Notes under the pieces: model-generated
Seen by the model: only the letters and a program-made list of their open reading frames with translations
What the model was told of the DNA's origin: nothing
Databases searched by the model: none
Made by a program: the position numbers and the translations under genes
In this document: positions 26,194 through 44,640 of the stretch, in pieces
Position numbering within the stretch: position 1 is the stretch's first letter
Layout: each line of letters opens with the position of its first letter
From: the human T2T-CHM13v2.0 reference genome, Homo sapiens
Direction: 5' to 3' (one strand)
Assembly: GCF_009914755.1 (NCBI RefSeq)
Contig: NC_060930.1
DNA length: 64,000 nt

Positions 26194-28460
26194 TGTATTA
26201 GTCCATTTTCATGCCGCTTATAAAGACATACCCGAAACTGGGAAGAAAAACATGCTTAACTGGACTTCCAGTTTCACATGGCTGGGGAGGCCTCAGAATC
26301 ATGATGGGAAGCAAAAGGCACTTCTTACATTGCAGCAGCAAGAGAAAATGAGGAGCAAGAAGAAAAAGCAGAAACCCCTGATAAACTCATCAGATCTCGT
26401 GAGACTTATTCACTATCACGAGAATACCATGGGAAAGACCAGCCTCCATGATTCAATTACTCCCCCTGGGTCCCTCCTACAACATGTGGGAATTCTGGAA
26501 GATACAATTCCAGTAGAGATTTGGGTGGGGACATAGCCACACCATATCATTCCACCCCATCCCCTCCAAATCTCATGTTTTCATATTCCAAAACCAATCA
26601 TGCCTTCACAACAGTACCCAAAGTCTTAACTCATTTCAGCATTAACCCAAAAGTCCACAGTCCAAAGTCTCATCTGAGACAAGACAAGTCCCTTCCACCT
26701 ATGAGCCTGTAAAATCAAAAGCAAGTTAATTACTTCCTAGATACAATGGGGGTACAGGTATTGAGTAAATACAGCCATTCCAAGTGGGAGAAATTGGCCA
26801 AAACAAAGGGGCTACAGGCCCCATGTAAGTCCGAAATCCAGAGGGGCAGTCCAATTTTAAAGCTTCAAAATGATCTCCTTCGACTTCAGGTCTCACATCC
26901 AGGTCATGCTGATGCAAGTGGTGGGTTCCCATCATCTCTGCCCCTGTGGCTTTGCAGGGTACAGCCCCCTTCCTGGCTGCTTTCACAGGCTGGGATTGTC
27001 TTCTGCTTTTCCAGGCACACAGTGCAAGCTGTAGGTGATTCTACCATTCTGTGGTTTGGAGGACTGTGTCCCTCTTCTCACAGCTCCACTAGGCAGTGCC
27101 CCAGTAGGGACTCTGTGTGGGGGCTCCGACCTCACATTTCCTTCTGTACTGCCCTAGAAGAGGTTCTCCATGAGGGCCCCACCCCTGCAGCAAATTTCTG
27201 CCTGGGCACCCAGGTGTTTCCATACATCTTCCGAAATCTAGGAGAGCATCCCAAACCTCAGTTCTTGACTTCTGTGCACCTGCAGGCTCAACACCACATG
27301 GAAGCTGCCAAGGTTTGGGGCTTTCACCCTCTGAAGCTATAGCCCAGGCTGTAGGTTGTCCCCTTTCAGCCATGGCCAGAGTGGCTGGGACACAGGGCAC
27401 CAAGTCCCTAAGCTGCACATAGCACGGGGACCCTAGGCCAGGCCCACAAAACCGCTTTTTCCTCCTGGGCTTCAGGACCTGTGATGGGAGGGGCTGCTGT
27501 GATGTTCTCTGACATGGCCTGGAGACATTTTCCCCATGCTCTTGGGGATTAACATTAGGCTTCTTGCTACTTATGCAAATTTCTGCAACCAGCTTGAATT
27601 TCTCCCCAGAAAATGGGTTTTTCTCTTCTATCACATAGTAAGGCTGCAAATTTTCCCAATATGCTCTGCTTCCCTTATAAAACTTAATTCCTTTAACAGA
27701 ACCCAAGTCACCTCTTGAATATTTTGTTGCTTAGAAATGTCTTCTGCCAGATACCCTAAATCATCTTTCTCAAGTTCAAAGTTCCACAAATCTCTAGGGC
27801 AAGGGCAAAAAGCTGCCAATCTCTTTGCTAAAACGTAACAAGAGTCATCTTTACTCCAGTTCGCCACAAGTTCCTCATCTCCATCTGAGACAACCTCAGC
27901 CTAGACCTTATTGTCCATATTGCTATCAGGATTTTGGGCAAAGCAATTTAACAAGCCTCTAGGGAGTTCCAGACTTTCCCAAATTTTCCTGTCTTCTTCT
28001 GAGCCCTCCAAACTGTTCCAATCTCTGCCTGTTACCCAGTTCCAAAGTCGTTTCCACATTTTCAAGTATCTTTTCACCAATGCCCACTCTACTGGTACAA
28101 ATTTACTGTATTAGTCCATTTTCATGCTGCGGATAAAGACATACCTGAAACTGGGAAGAAAAAGAGGTTTAATTGGACTTACAGTTCCACATGGCTGGGG
28201 AGGCCTCAGAATCATGGCAGAAGGTGAAAGGCACTTCTTACATGGTGGCAGGAGGATAAAATGAGGAAGAAGCAAAATTGGGAACCCCTGATAAACCCAT
28301 CAGATCTCATGAGACTTATTAACTATCATGAGAATAGCACAGGAAAGACCAGCCGACATGATTCAATTACCTCCCCCTGGGTCCCTCCCATGACACATGG
28401 GGATTCTAGAAGATACAATTCAAGTTGAGACTTGGGTGGGGCCACAGCCAAAATGTATCA
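26194..28460 (-). mobile_element. Complete THE1A MaLR provirus (LTR 26194-26549, int 26550-28106, LTR 28107-28460)
   Basis: Two homologous LTRs (tgtattagtccattttcatgc...atca); perfect 5-bp TSD GAAGT at 26189-26193 and 28461-28465; MaLR ORF remnants on the minus strand. Confidence 0.95.
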
Positions 28461-28595
28461 GAAGTCAAAGCAGTAGTTACCATTGGTAAAGAGGTGATTA
28501 CCTTTTGGGAAGGAGGAGGTAGGAAAGAAGGTCTAGTTACTCTCAGAAACTTGTGGGGTTTTTGAGGACATTGGTAATATTTCTCTCTCTCTCTC

Positions 28596-28733
28596 TTTTT
28601 AATTAAAAAGTAAACTTTAATGTCGAAAATGCAAACTTGGGAAAGACAGAAAAGATCACACACAAGGCTGTCACTTCACACTTGGAAGGTTGCACAGTGG
28701 CCGGGCAGTGACCCTCCTCACTTCCCAGACAGT
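28596..28733 (-). mobile_element. SVA2-type retroposon 3' end (one VNTR unit + unique 3' sequence + tail)
   Basis: Minus strand reads ctgtctgggaagtgaggagggtcactgcccggcc (SVA VNTR unit), then tgtgcaaccttccaagtgtgaagtgacagccttgtgtgtgatc...gacATTAAAgtttactttttaattaaaaa. No SINE-R. Confidence 0.8.
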
Positions 28734-29269
28734 GGTTATAGAGGTTGTCACTCTAATAATTCATTTATCCATAATTTGTGTCTTATGTAATTTTGTGTAT
28801 ATATTATATATTCAATTATTTAAAAAATGTTTAAAAATAAATTGGTGGACTACTGTAATAAAATAGCAAACTACAAATACATTATAAAAATATCTTTTTT
28901 CCCAATAGTTCATAATATAAACAAGAACAGCAATAACAAAATTACTGAGAAATGAGTTTAATTTTTAAAAAGCAGCCAAATATTATAAAACTGAAAAAAA
29001 AAAAAAAAAAACAGCCAAGGTCAAAAACAGACAATTCTGGAGGCACACAGAGGAACGAAGCTGCTAACCCTGACTCTTTTCTGTCCTTTCCCGGTACTCT
29101 ATTTCAGAAACTTTACCTGTGTACCAACAAAATTTAGAGAATGCTCCCTAAATTCTTCAGGGCTGAAATGAATAAACTGAGTGAGTATTCTCATTTATCT
29201 TTTCTCACTGAGGAGTAATGGATTGTAGCAAACAATCAAAAACAAAACAAGAAAACAACAAAAAAAATC

Positions 29270-29860
29270 AAGTTTGAGTGCCTACTATGTACCAGACATA
29301 GTTCCAAGTACTTTAAATAGAGTATCTCATTTATTCCTTATAATAAATTTATTATGTTAGTATCATTATTATTCCCTTTTTGCAGTTGAGAAAACTGAGG
29401 CTAAGAGAGTTTGAGTAAATTATCAAAAGCCATACAGCTAGTAAATGGCAAAAGTTTGATTTGAACTCAGCCAATCTGATACAGGTTGAGTACCCTTTAC
29501 CCAAAATGCTTGGGACTATAAGTGTTTTGGATTTGAGATATTTTCACATTCTAGAATATTTTCATATACATAATGAAATATCTTGGAGATGGAGCCAAGT
29601 CTAAATGTGAAATTCATTTATGTTTCATATACCTTATACACATAGCCAGAAAGTACTTTTATAGAACGTTTTAAATAATTTTGTGGATGAAACAAAATTT
29701 CAACTGTGTTTTTGCTGTGACCTGTCCTATGAGGTCAGGTTTAGAATTTTTCACTTGTGGTGTCTGTCATGTTGGTGCTCAAAAAGTTTCAGATTTGAAG
29801 CATTTCAGATTTTTGATTTTTAGTTTAAGAAATCTCAACCTGCACTAGAGCCCAGTTTGT
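29270..29860 (-). mobile_element. MIR interrupted by Tigger4
   Basis: tttgcagttgagaaaactgaggctaagagag...atttgaactcag...ctga|insertion|ctagagccc. Confidence 0.75.
29482..29842. mobile_element. Tigger4b/MER46 non-autonomous DNA transposon
   Basis: TIRs CAGGTTGAG...CTCAACCTG; TA on the left, CA (mutated TA) on the right. Confidence 0.85.
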
Positions 29861-29929
29861 AATCAGAACATTCTATATTGAAGTGACCAACAACACTGAC
29901 CACTGGATAGAAGTAAATGTTCTAGAGCT

Positions 29930-30265
29930 ATATATGTGTCACTTAGCAATGGGGACACATTCTGAGAAATGTGTCGTTAGGTGATTTCATCATTGTGCTA
30001 ACATCATAGAGTGTACTTACACAAACCTAGAGGGGATAGTCTATTAAACTCCTAGGCTATATGGTATAGCCTATTACTCCTGAGCTACAAACCTGTATAG
30101 CATGTTACTGTACCTAATATTGTAGATAATTATAACACAAAGGTAAGCATTTGTATATATAAACATAGAAAATGTACAGTAAAAACACAGTATTGTAATC
30201 TTGTGGTACCACTATCATATATATGCACCATTGTTGACCAAAGTGCATGCATTATGCTGTGCTAT
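29930..30265. mobile_element. Tigger3a/MER7-like DNA transposon
   Basis: ggggacacattctgagaaatgtgtcgttaggtgatttcatcattgtg...catagagtgtacttacacaaacctag. Confidence 0.8.
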
Positions 30266-33200
30266 ATGTGGTGAATGGAATTTTCCTAGAGAATTGAATA
30301 CACTTCTAGATACAAGTGGTATCAGGAACAAGGCATTAAACAGAACCTCAGAAGTGAGAAAGATGCCAGGACCTGTTAACAGTTCCTGCAAAACTTCTGA
30401 GTTCTTCCCTTTTCGATGTCCCCAAGCTATGAAATAAATGAACAGAACATGAAAATCTGAGCCCTTAAGTTTTAGTTTATTAGATAAAGCAAACTATTTT
30501 CAGATAGAGGGAAATAAAGAAGTCATCCACTACATTAGAAAAATAGAAGATCAGGACAGAACTATGCAAGATTCGACAGGAAATAAATAGCATAGTGGCT
30601 ATATAAACATACCACTGTTTGCACATTGCATGCAAACAGCAATTAAAAACCTCAGTCCAGAGCCATGTTGGGTCCATCTACTTCAACCCATAATTCTCTT
30701 GACCCATAACTCCCCTCTAGGTATACACCCAATATAAATGAGTGTTTATATCCATCAAGAAACAGATATGGGAATGTGTATAACAGCTTATTGTTTATGC
30801 ACGTTTAAGTACCTATTTCATATTTCAGTAAGTTTCAGGAAGTTTTCAATAAAAACAGAATGCTTTTAACATTTGTGCTTTAAACAAAACACTAAATAAT
30901 ACAAATACATTTTATTATAATTAAATACATTTATTATAATTAAATTATAAATATAATTTATTTACAATTAAGTTATAATTTAAATTATAATTAAATAATA
31001 GCAAATGAATAAAACTATGTATAACATAAGGAAACTTGGAAAAATATAACTATAGTAAAAGCTTCACTATGTATGCCTCAGAATTGAACTGATATAAGAA
31101 ATATCATCTTTTACAAGAAAGAAATATATATATATAATATGGCTTCTAGAAATTTCTTCATATTTATTTCAGATGTCTCCTTTTTCCATAAAGTAAAACT
31201 AAATTTAATTCTTTTTAATTAAAAAAACACGTAATGTTCCATTTTTGAAAAGCAATTTTATTTATGCATTTATTCATCCTCCATTCATATTTCTATATAT
31301 ATATCAGTTATTTCTAGATAAATGTTTTCAACTTGCTTTCAGTATTTTTTTGCTTAAATTTATTTAAATTTGCAAATGCTGTTTATACGAAGTAAAGTGA
31401 TTTTTACTTAAAAAATCTTTAAAAACATCCAAACTTGAATTATTTGGTAACTTACATGAGCTACATTGATGAAGAAGTTATTTTAGATCATGAATTCAGA
31501 ATTAACTTTAAAATAAGAGCTTATTTTTCTGGTATCAGGTACTTGAAACACGGCTTTAGGAATCAATGTTTTATCATTAAAACTATTTTGTTTGGAGTGT
31601 TTCTAAGTTATCTTTTCCCCTGCCTTCTTAATATATGAATCACAATTTAAGAATTGATTGATTGATTGCTCAGTCTTTATTGCAAACTTTAATAATTAGA
31701 CAAAGCCATATTTTCTTCAGGGATTATTGACATGTTTGTGCTTACACTAAATGGCTCCTTTTCTGTTTTATAAAACAACTTTGTGTGTTTTTAAAATCTT
31801 CTCCTTTGCTGAGACAGCTATTATTTCTTGCTTTTGACAGTATGCAAAATTTCAGCAGCCCTCCTTTTTTTAAAAATTAAATATTTAAATTTTTATTCTC
31901 ATATTAATATGTTGTGAAGTTTGAAATTGTATATGTTAGATAATTCATTAAACTAGAGCTCTGTATATACATAGATGAGAATTCTGCAAAAAAGAAAATA
32001 TTTCTTTAGAAATTAACATAGATGTTATGATGTCCATGCAATGTGGTGTTTCTATTTTTCTCACAGAAAATAAATAATAATAAGGAATATGGGTCCCAAA
32101 ATAAAATTGTCTCATTTTAGTTAAAATGTTCAACATGCCATTTAACTAAAAATGTGTTTATAAAAAATCCTATATGAAAATTTGTACACTTTGTTGGTAT
32201 ACTTGATAATGGTATGTTCAGCTATGTTAGTTTACTTGATTATGGACTTTGTTTCTTAATAAACTGTACGATATGTGAGTAAAACAGTGCCTGTCATATA
32301 GTAGGTACTGAGTCAATAATAGTTTAAAGATGACACAAAATTATGACTTATAAAATGTACTGCTTTGCCATTTTATTCCAAATTCTATCTTCGTATAGAC
32401 ACAGCTTAAAGCTTGTAGTACTATAGTTAAAAACACACTTCTAAAGTGAAATCAATTATTGTCAATAACTTTTTATCCACTGCTCAATTTAAATTCCACT
32501 TTTTGATGTCTTTGAATTTAAAAACTTCTTACATTTGTAAACATATACTGTGATTATTCATATCGCAGTTTGTTATACTGATTAGATTCCTAAGTCATTT
32601 TTTCTTCCTTGTTTAATAAAATATTCAAGAATTCTTATAGTAAAAATCAATTCATAGTTAAATTAGATAGTGTTTCTAACTGAATAATTTTGTGACTTAG
32701 AATATTTGGAACTTCACCATACTGGCATTTTCAGGCTAAACCTGAAAGAAAGTTCCAGAAAACAGTTCAGCTCTTGGAGATATTCTAAGACATAATGATT
32801 TTTACCCCCATCAACTTTGATGATGTCAATATAGCGAGGTCATAAAATTATCAACTGTGAGAAAATAATAATTTTGCTGGTGAATATCAACAATTGGAAA
32901 AAACCAGTAAAAAAATGGGTGGATCAATGAGCAAGTTAAAAATTGTTTATCATAAAATGAAAAAATATTAATATTAGAGTTGAAATTTACCATGAAAATC
33001 TGTGGTCTAATCCCTAGCTTCGATTCACATAGCAGTATAATTTATAATCTCCCCAGGGATGTGGAAATCATTATCACTCAATACAGCTGATTCAGTTTTT
33101 ATACAGCTAAACTTGATCTTAATTCTGTATACTGAGTCAAATTCTATGTCACGACGATGGTCCATCATTTTATCATATTAAGTCCCCTTGGGACAGACAT

Positions 33201-34121
33201 AAATGATTTAATTGCTCTTCAATTGTCTTTTAAATATTTAAAGACTGCTTTTGTGTGACATCTGAGTCTCCTCCAGGTTAAACAGCAATAATTGCTCCAC
33301 CTTTTCCTCAGAGAAAACTTTTTTTTTGACTTTTTTCTTTTTTTCCTCCGATTGTGTTCTAGTTATCTACGTCTCTATTAGAAATGAAGAGAAAAACTAA
33401 AAACAACAATAATATTGCTAATGGGTATGACCAGAGTAAAACCTAGCAATATAGATCACACATATTCTAGGATTATATTAGACATTTTTTTAAAAACAAA
33501 CACTAGATTTTCTCCATCATTTGGGGCTTTTGTGTGGTGAGTCTTTGTGTCTTTTTCACCTGAAGTGCCCCTGACATGTATTTCTCATTAAGTGTAGCTT
33601 TTGTTTTGTTTTTCTTGTTTTTAATCTAGCTATAACACAATATCACTTTAATTTCACACAGATTTGGCTCAGTTTTTTGAACTGTCTGACCTATGTCTGA
33701 ACTAACTCATTAGTTTAACAAAACTGTCCTTAATTCTTACAACAAGTTGGATGCATGTGATTCAATGTATTAATTCTCTTCCCACATTTAGGTAATGTCC
33801 ACCTGTAAGTATTATGCATGCTCTGTCTCTCTTTAGGTTATTGATAAAAATATTGAAGAGAACAGGGGCCAGGACAAAAGAGAAAACTTAGGAATCCCAT
33901 GATAACTCCTTTCGGGACAAGATTAATCCATCATTAATAAGCTTTTTTAAAGAAAAACATTAAGCCCAATACAAATTGACCTATCTATATTATCAGAGTC
34001 CACATTCCCATCTTATACCATATACTCTCAAGTGAAATACTTGGCAGAAATTCATTTATATGCTATCTCTATTCTTCCCCCTTATTTGCCATATTTTGCA
34101 CCTCCTTTAAAAGAGAAAAGA

Positions 34122-34457
<336 letters not shown>

Positions 34458-34793
34458 TTATAAGGCTTTCAAGATATCATAACTTCCCTCTATTTTTGGA
34501 CCTGTCTTTTGTTTAACAATCAGTAAAATACTTTTTCCTGAAATTAAATTGAGTGTGTCAATAATTTCTGTTTTATTCTTTTTCTTGGAAGATCAGAAAC
34601 ATATTTGCCTATCTTGGTAATTTGTCCTATTGTTCTATATTAATCAGAGTTTATAAAAATTTATGTAAGTATGTTCAGCAACTACACCTACCAATTCTCT
34701 CAGTAATTTGAGATGTAGATCTTTGGGCCAAAAACTTGAGTTAATTTCATTAGGTGTTCTGACCATTTATTTTACTACCTGGGGTTTTCTTTT

Positions 34794-35100
<307 letters not shown>

Positions 35101-35491
35101 CTGGGGTTTTCTTTTACTCCTGCAAATGTTTGTTCCACTTTCCAGTCTTAAAATTATCACTGACAAAAAGCACAAAAGAAAGTCGTTTCATATTTTTTCC
35201 ATTGTCTTTTGCCATCACATCATATTTCTGAACAAAGGGGCTACCTCTTTTTCATCAAGTGGTTCTAATATAGCTTCATAACACTCTTCAATATACCCAC
35301 TCATTTAATTTCATTCTTGGAGCTAATATCTTAACATTATAAGTAAGAACTCTTTTTTCTCTTATAATTATTAAAGTATACAATTATTGAATATTTATAT
35401 TCAAATTACTATCTTCACAATAAGACTAAAACATAAATTATATATAATTACATATATACATTATTTATTCTAAAGTAATTTACAACTTATA

Positions 35492-35980
35492 TGTTGGGAA
35501 CAGGCCCCAAAATCTGGCCATATACTGGTCCCAAAACTGGCCATAAACAAAATCTCTGCAGCACTGTGACACGCTCGTTATGGTCTCGACGCCCATGCTG
35601 GAAAGTTGTCCGTTTACCGGAAAGAGGGCAAGGAACACCTGGCGCACCCAGGGCGGAAAACTGCTTAAGCCATTCTTAAACCACAAAGAATAGCATGAGC
35701 TATCTGTGCCTTAAGGACATGTTTATGCTGCAGATAACTAGCCAGAGCCCATCCCTTTATTTTGGCCCATCCCTTTATTTCCCGTAAGGAATACTTTTAG
35801 TAAATCTTATGACTGGCTTGCTGTCAATAAGTATGTGGGTAAATCTCTGTTCAAGGCTCTCAGCTCTGAAGGCTGTGAGACCCCTGATTTCCCACTCCAC
35901 ACTCTGTATTTCTGTGTGTGTGTCTTTAATTCCTCTAGCGCTGCTGGGTTAGTGTCTCCACAACCGAGCTGGTCTTGGCA
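35492..35980 (+). mobile_element. MER9 LTR (HERV-K9 / HML-3 5' LTR)
   Basis: TGttgggaacaggccccaaaatctggccat...accgagctggtcttggCA, followed by a PBS. Confidence 0.9.
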
Positions 35981-36360
35981 AGTGGTGCCCATACGTGGAG
36001 TCTCGAACCCAGGTCAAAGGGTCACTGGAGCGACGGTTGGAGAATGTGGAACTAAGCTGGAGGACACCTGAGTACTCATAAGCAATCCCTGTGGTGAGGG
36101 GAGCTTGGAAGCATCAGGGTAACAATGGGACAAGTGTGGGCTCTGGCTTGTTCTACGTTGGAACCTTTTCACACTAATAATAAAAGGAAGGAAAGTATAA
36201 TGAAATAACAGAAGAGATGACAGAGCAGGTTTGTTTGCCAGCTAAAGCTAAAGCAGCAAAGGAGGAAGAGGTTCATCCCTACCCTTCTGCACCCCCTACT
36301 TATTTTGAAGAAAAAGAGTGGCCTGACCCTCCAGAGCTTTCTTTTCCGGAGGACACTGGG
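35981..36360 (+). mobile_element. HERV-K9 (HML-3) leader and 5' gag, truncated
   Basis: ATG at 36125 gives MGQVWALACSTLEPFHT. Downstream VHPYPSAPPTYFEEKEWPDPP. Sequence switches to L1 5' UTR at about 36361. Confidence 0.85.
35983..36000 (+). promoter_or_regulatory. Retroviral primer-binding site (tRNA-Lys type, decayed)
   Basis: TGGTGCCCATACGTGGAG 2 nt after the LTR CA, similar to TGGCGCCCAACGTGGGG. Confidence 0.8.
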
Positions 36361-42296
<5,936 letters not shown>

Positions 42297-42306
42297 CTTT
42301 TTTTCA

Positions 42307-42470
42307 TGGGCAAAAGTATATGAGCAAGCAATTCACAAAAAAGATAGTCTGGATAGCTAATAATTATATAAAAATTTGCTTAATTTCATTGGTAATCAGG
42401 CAAAGACTAATTTAAATGATTGGCGGGACTAATATGTTCATTAACTTCAAGTGTTGGTAAAGAATATAAA
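42307..42470 (+). mobile_element. Old L1ME ORF2 fragment
   Basis: atgggcaaaagtatatgagcaagcaattcacaaaaaag. Confidence 0.55.
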
Positions 42471-43099
42471 CTATCCCACACTCAGAGTAAGATTCTGATT
42501 TAATAAAGCAAATATACACAGAAATAAGCCAGTTTTTCTGAAGTTAATATTAGGACACTAATTTAATATGTTTGTATCTTTTGTTATTTTGAGTTGAAGC
42601 TAAGGCATGTAGTTACAATTTTCCTGAAATGAAGTGTCATATATCAGTTACAATTAATATATTCAAGATATAAGATTCAACCTGGAAAATAAAATTATAA
42701 CGTGTACAAAAATTACAAAATAAAGTTGAAGAAATTATATAGTTTACTGAAAATTCACAAATGTATAAGCATGCAGAGGGTCACACTATTAGGCTGAGAA
42801 ATGCAAATAACTGTGTAACTGGTATATCTCTCCATTTATTCGGACCCACTTCTATGCTGTTTTTAAGATTTTAAATTTTTTCTCTATGAATATTTTTGCT
42901 AGATTAGTTTGTAGATTTTTTTTTGCACTAGAGAGTGGCATATTTTCTATTCTATTTTTAGGTGGTAGAAAGGGGCATTAATAATTGTAAGTTTAATAAT
43001 TTTTAAGCTATCTGCACTGTCTCTGTTGATTCACTTTACTTTCCCCAAATCAACTTTTGCTTATATTTGTTTCATTAGATTTATTATTCTTTTAATGGC

Positions 43100-44640
43100 T
43101 ATGTTTGTAGACATCTTCTAGTTTTTCATTTTGTATTTTGTTAATTTGAATTCTTGTTCTCTATTTCTAAAGTACTATGTTTAGTTTTCAGTAATTGTAA
43201 TTAATGGCAAACAGTCTTTATTAAAAATATTTTAGTAGATGATAATTTATTTGGTTGCAGAATTCTAGGTCGAAAGGTATTTTATTTCATTGCTATAAAG
43301 CTACTTTTATTGTCTTCTGTTCTATATTGCTGCTATAAGGAATTGGTTATTAGTTTAAATGTTATTTTTAATCTATAACCTTTCTTTTATCTTGGGCTTG
43401 TTTTTAGACCTTTTTATTTTTGGTCTAGAAAGAAATTTATTTATTATTACACTATGTCTAGAAAGAAATTTAGTTTTATTTATCTTATTTAGAGCTTATG
43501 ATTCTTCTCAAAACCAGGCTATCATCTCATTGTATATTGTCTTTCCTACCATTTATCTATTCTCTCCTTCTGTAAGTCCTATCCGAAGGTGACCATCTTA
43601 TCTTACCCTTCATATCTCTCAAACTCTTCTTTTTGTTTATCATTTATTAATCTTTCTGTACTTCATACTGTGTAAATTTTCTGATACCTTTTTTCTAGTT
43701 TATTAACCCTCTTTTTTACCCACATCCATTTTTTTATTTGTTCTTAAATTTCAATGACCATGTCTTTCTTTTGTAGGGTTTTCTTAGTTCTTTTCACATC
43801 CTATCATACCAATTTCTGACTCATGTTATGTGTGTGTACTTTATTTTGCTATTTATTTATTTACTTACTTAAGACATATTTTATATCAGATTATTTTGCC
43901 TCCTTAAATTCTTGGGTTTCTAGTCCTCTTGTCTGTTTTTTTCTGCTAACTCTAGCTTCTGATAAATTGTTTCTTCATACATTTTGTAACTTTTGATTGT
44001 GAACTCATCTTCAGGGTGACTTTATCAGTAGAAACTGTGATTTAAGTTAATGGTTTACCCTGCAGTTGTGGTTGCACACGCTGCCAAGTGCTTCATGGAA
44101 TAATCAACCCAGGATAAATTCTTAAATTTATTTCTTGACTTGAGGGCTTTCAGATCATAAAGAGGTTAAAATTTAAAATTTACAAGAGGCAAAAGTTAGA
44201 TTTTTAGGAAAGCTTTTTAAAATTTGTTAGTTTGTTTTTGCTCATCCAGAGTTCTGACAGAAATACTTAACATCAGTAACTCTCTGTGGTGGTGGACAGA
44301 ATTTTTCTGTTCTTCAAACAAGAGTATGGCCTTTTGAGGGTCCTGGCTTTATTCGTGTGTGCCAACTGCCCCCTTATGAGGGGAGAAGTTCCCCTCTATT
44401 TCCATGCAGAGTTTAAAACCAGAATCCTTGGGTTATAAATATTGGCTGCCACCCCAGAGCTAACCTTTTCACCCTGCATTTCACCTTGTATTCGCAGAAG
44501 TCACATATTTAGCTAATTTCTATTGTGTTCAGGTCTCTTTTCCTCTAAATCTCCAACTTATTTCCCTTTATTTATTGAAAACTCTGTAAAATACTTAAAA
44601 TCCTTTTTATATTACTGTTTTTCACATTTTTATGTAGTTT
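43100..44640 (-). mobile_element. Very old L1M/HAL1 ORF1 and 5' region
   Basis: ttggttgcagaattctaggt...ttattgtcttctg...ttgctgct antisense ORF1-like motifs. Confidence 0.45.

Larger units (their letters stand above)
25870..28835 (+). mobile_element. L1ME 3' end, split by THE1A and SVA2 insertions
   Basis: ggttcaaaaacagacaaaagtaaactataatgttagaagt|THE1A|caaagcagtagttacc...ggtaatatttct|SVA2|gtggttatagaggttgtcac. Confidence 0.6.

Noticed and set aside
30895-31000. AT-only palindromic stretch with aaatacatttttattataatt repeats
   Set aside because: Low-complexity slippage; nothing specific
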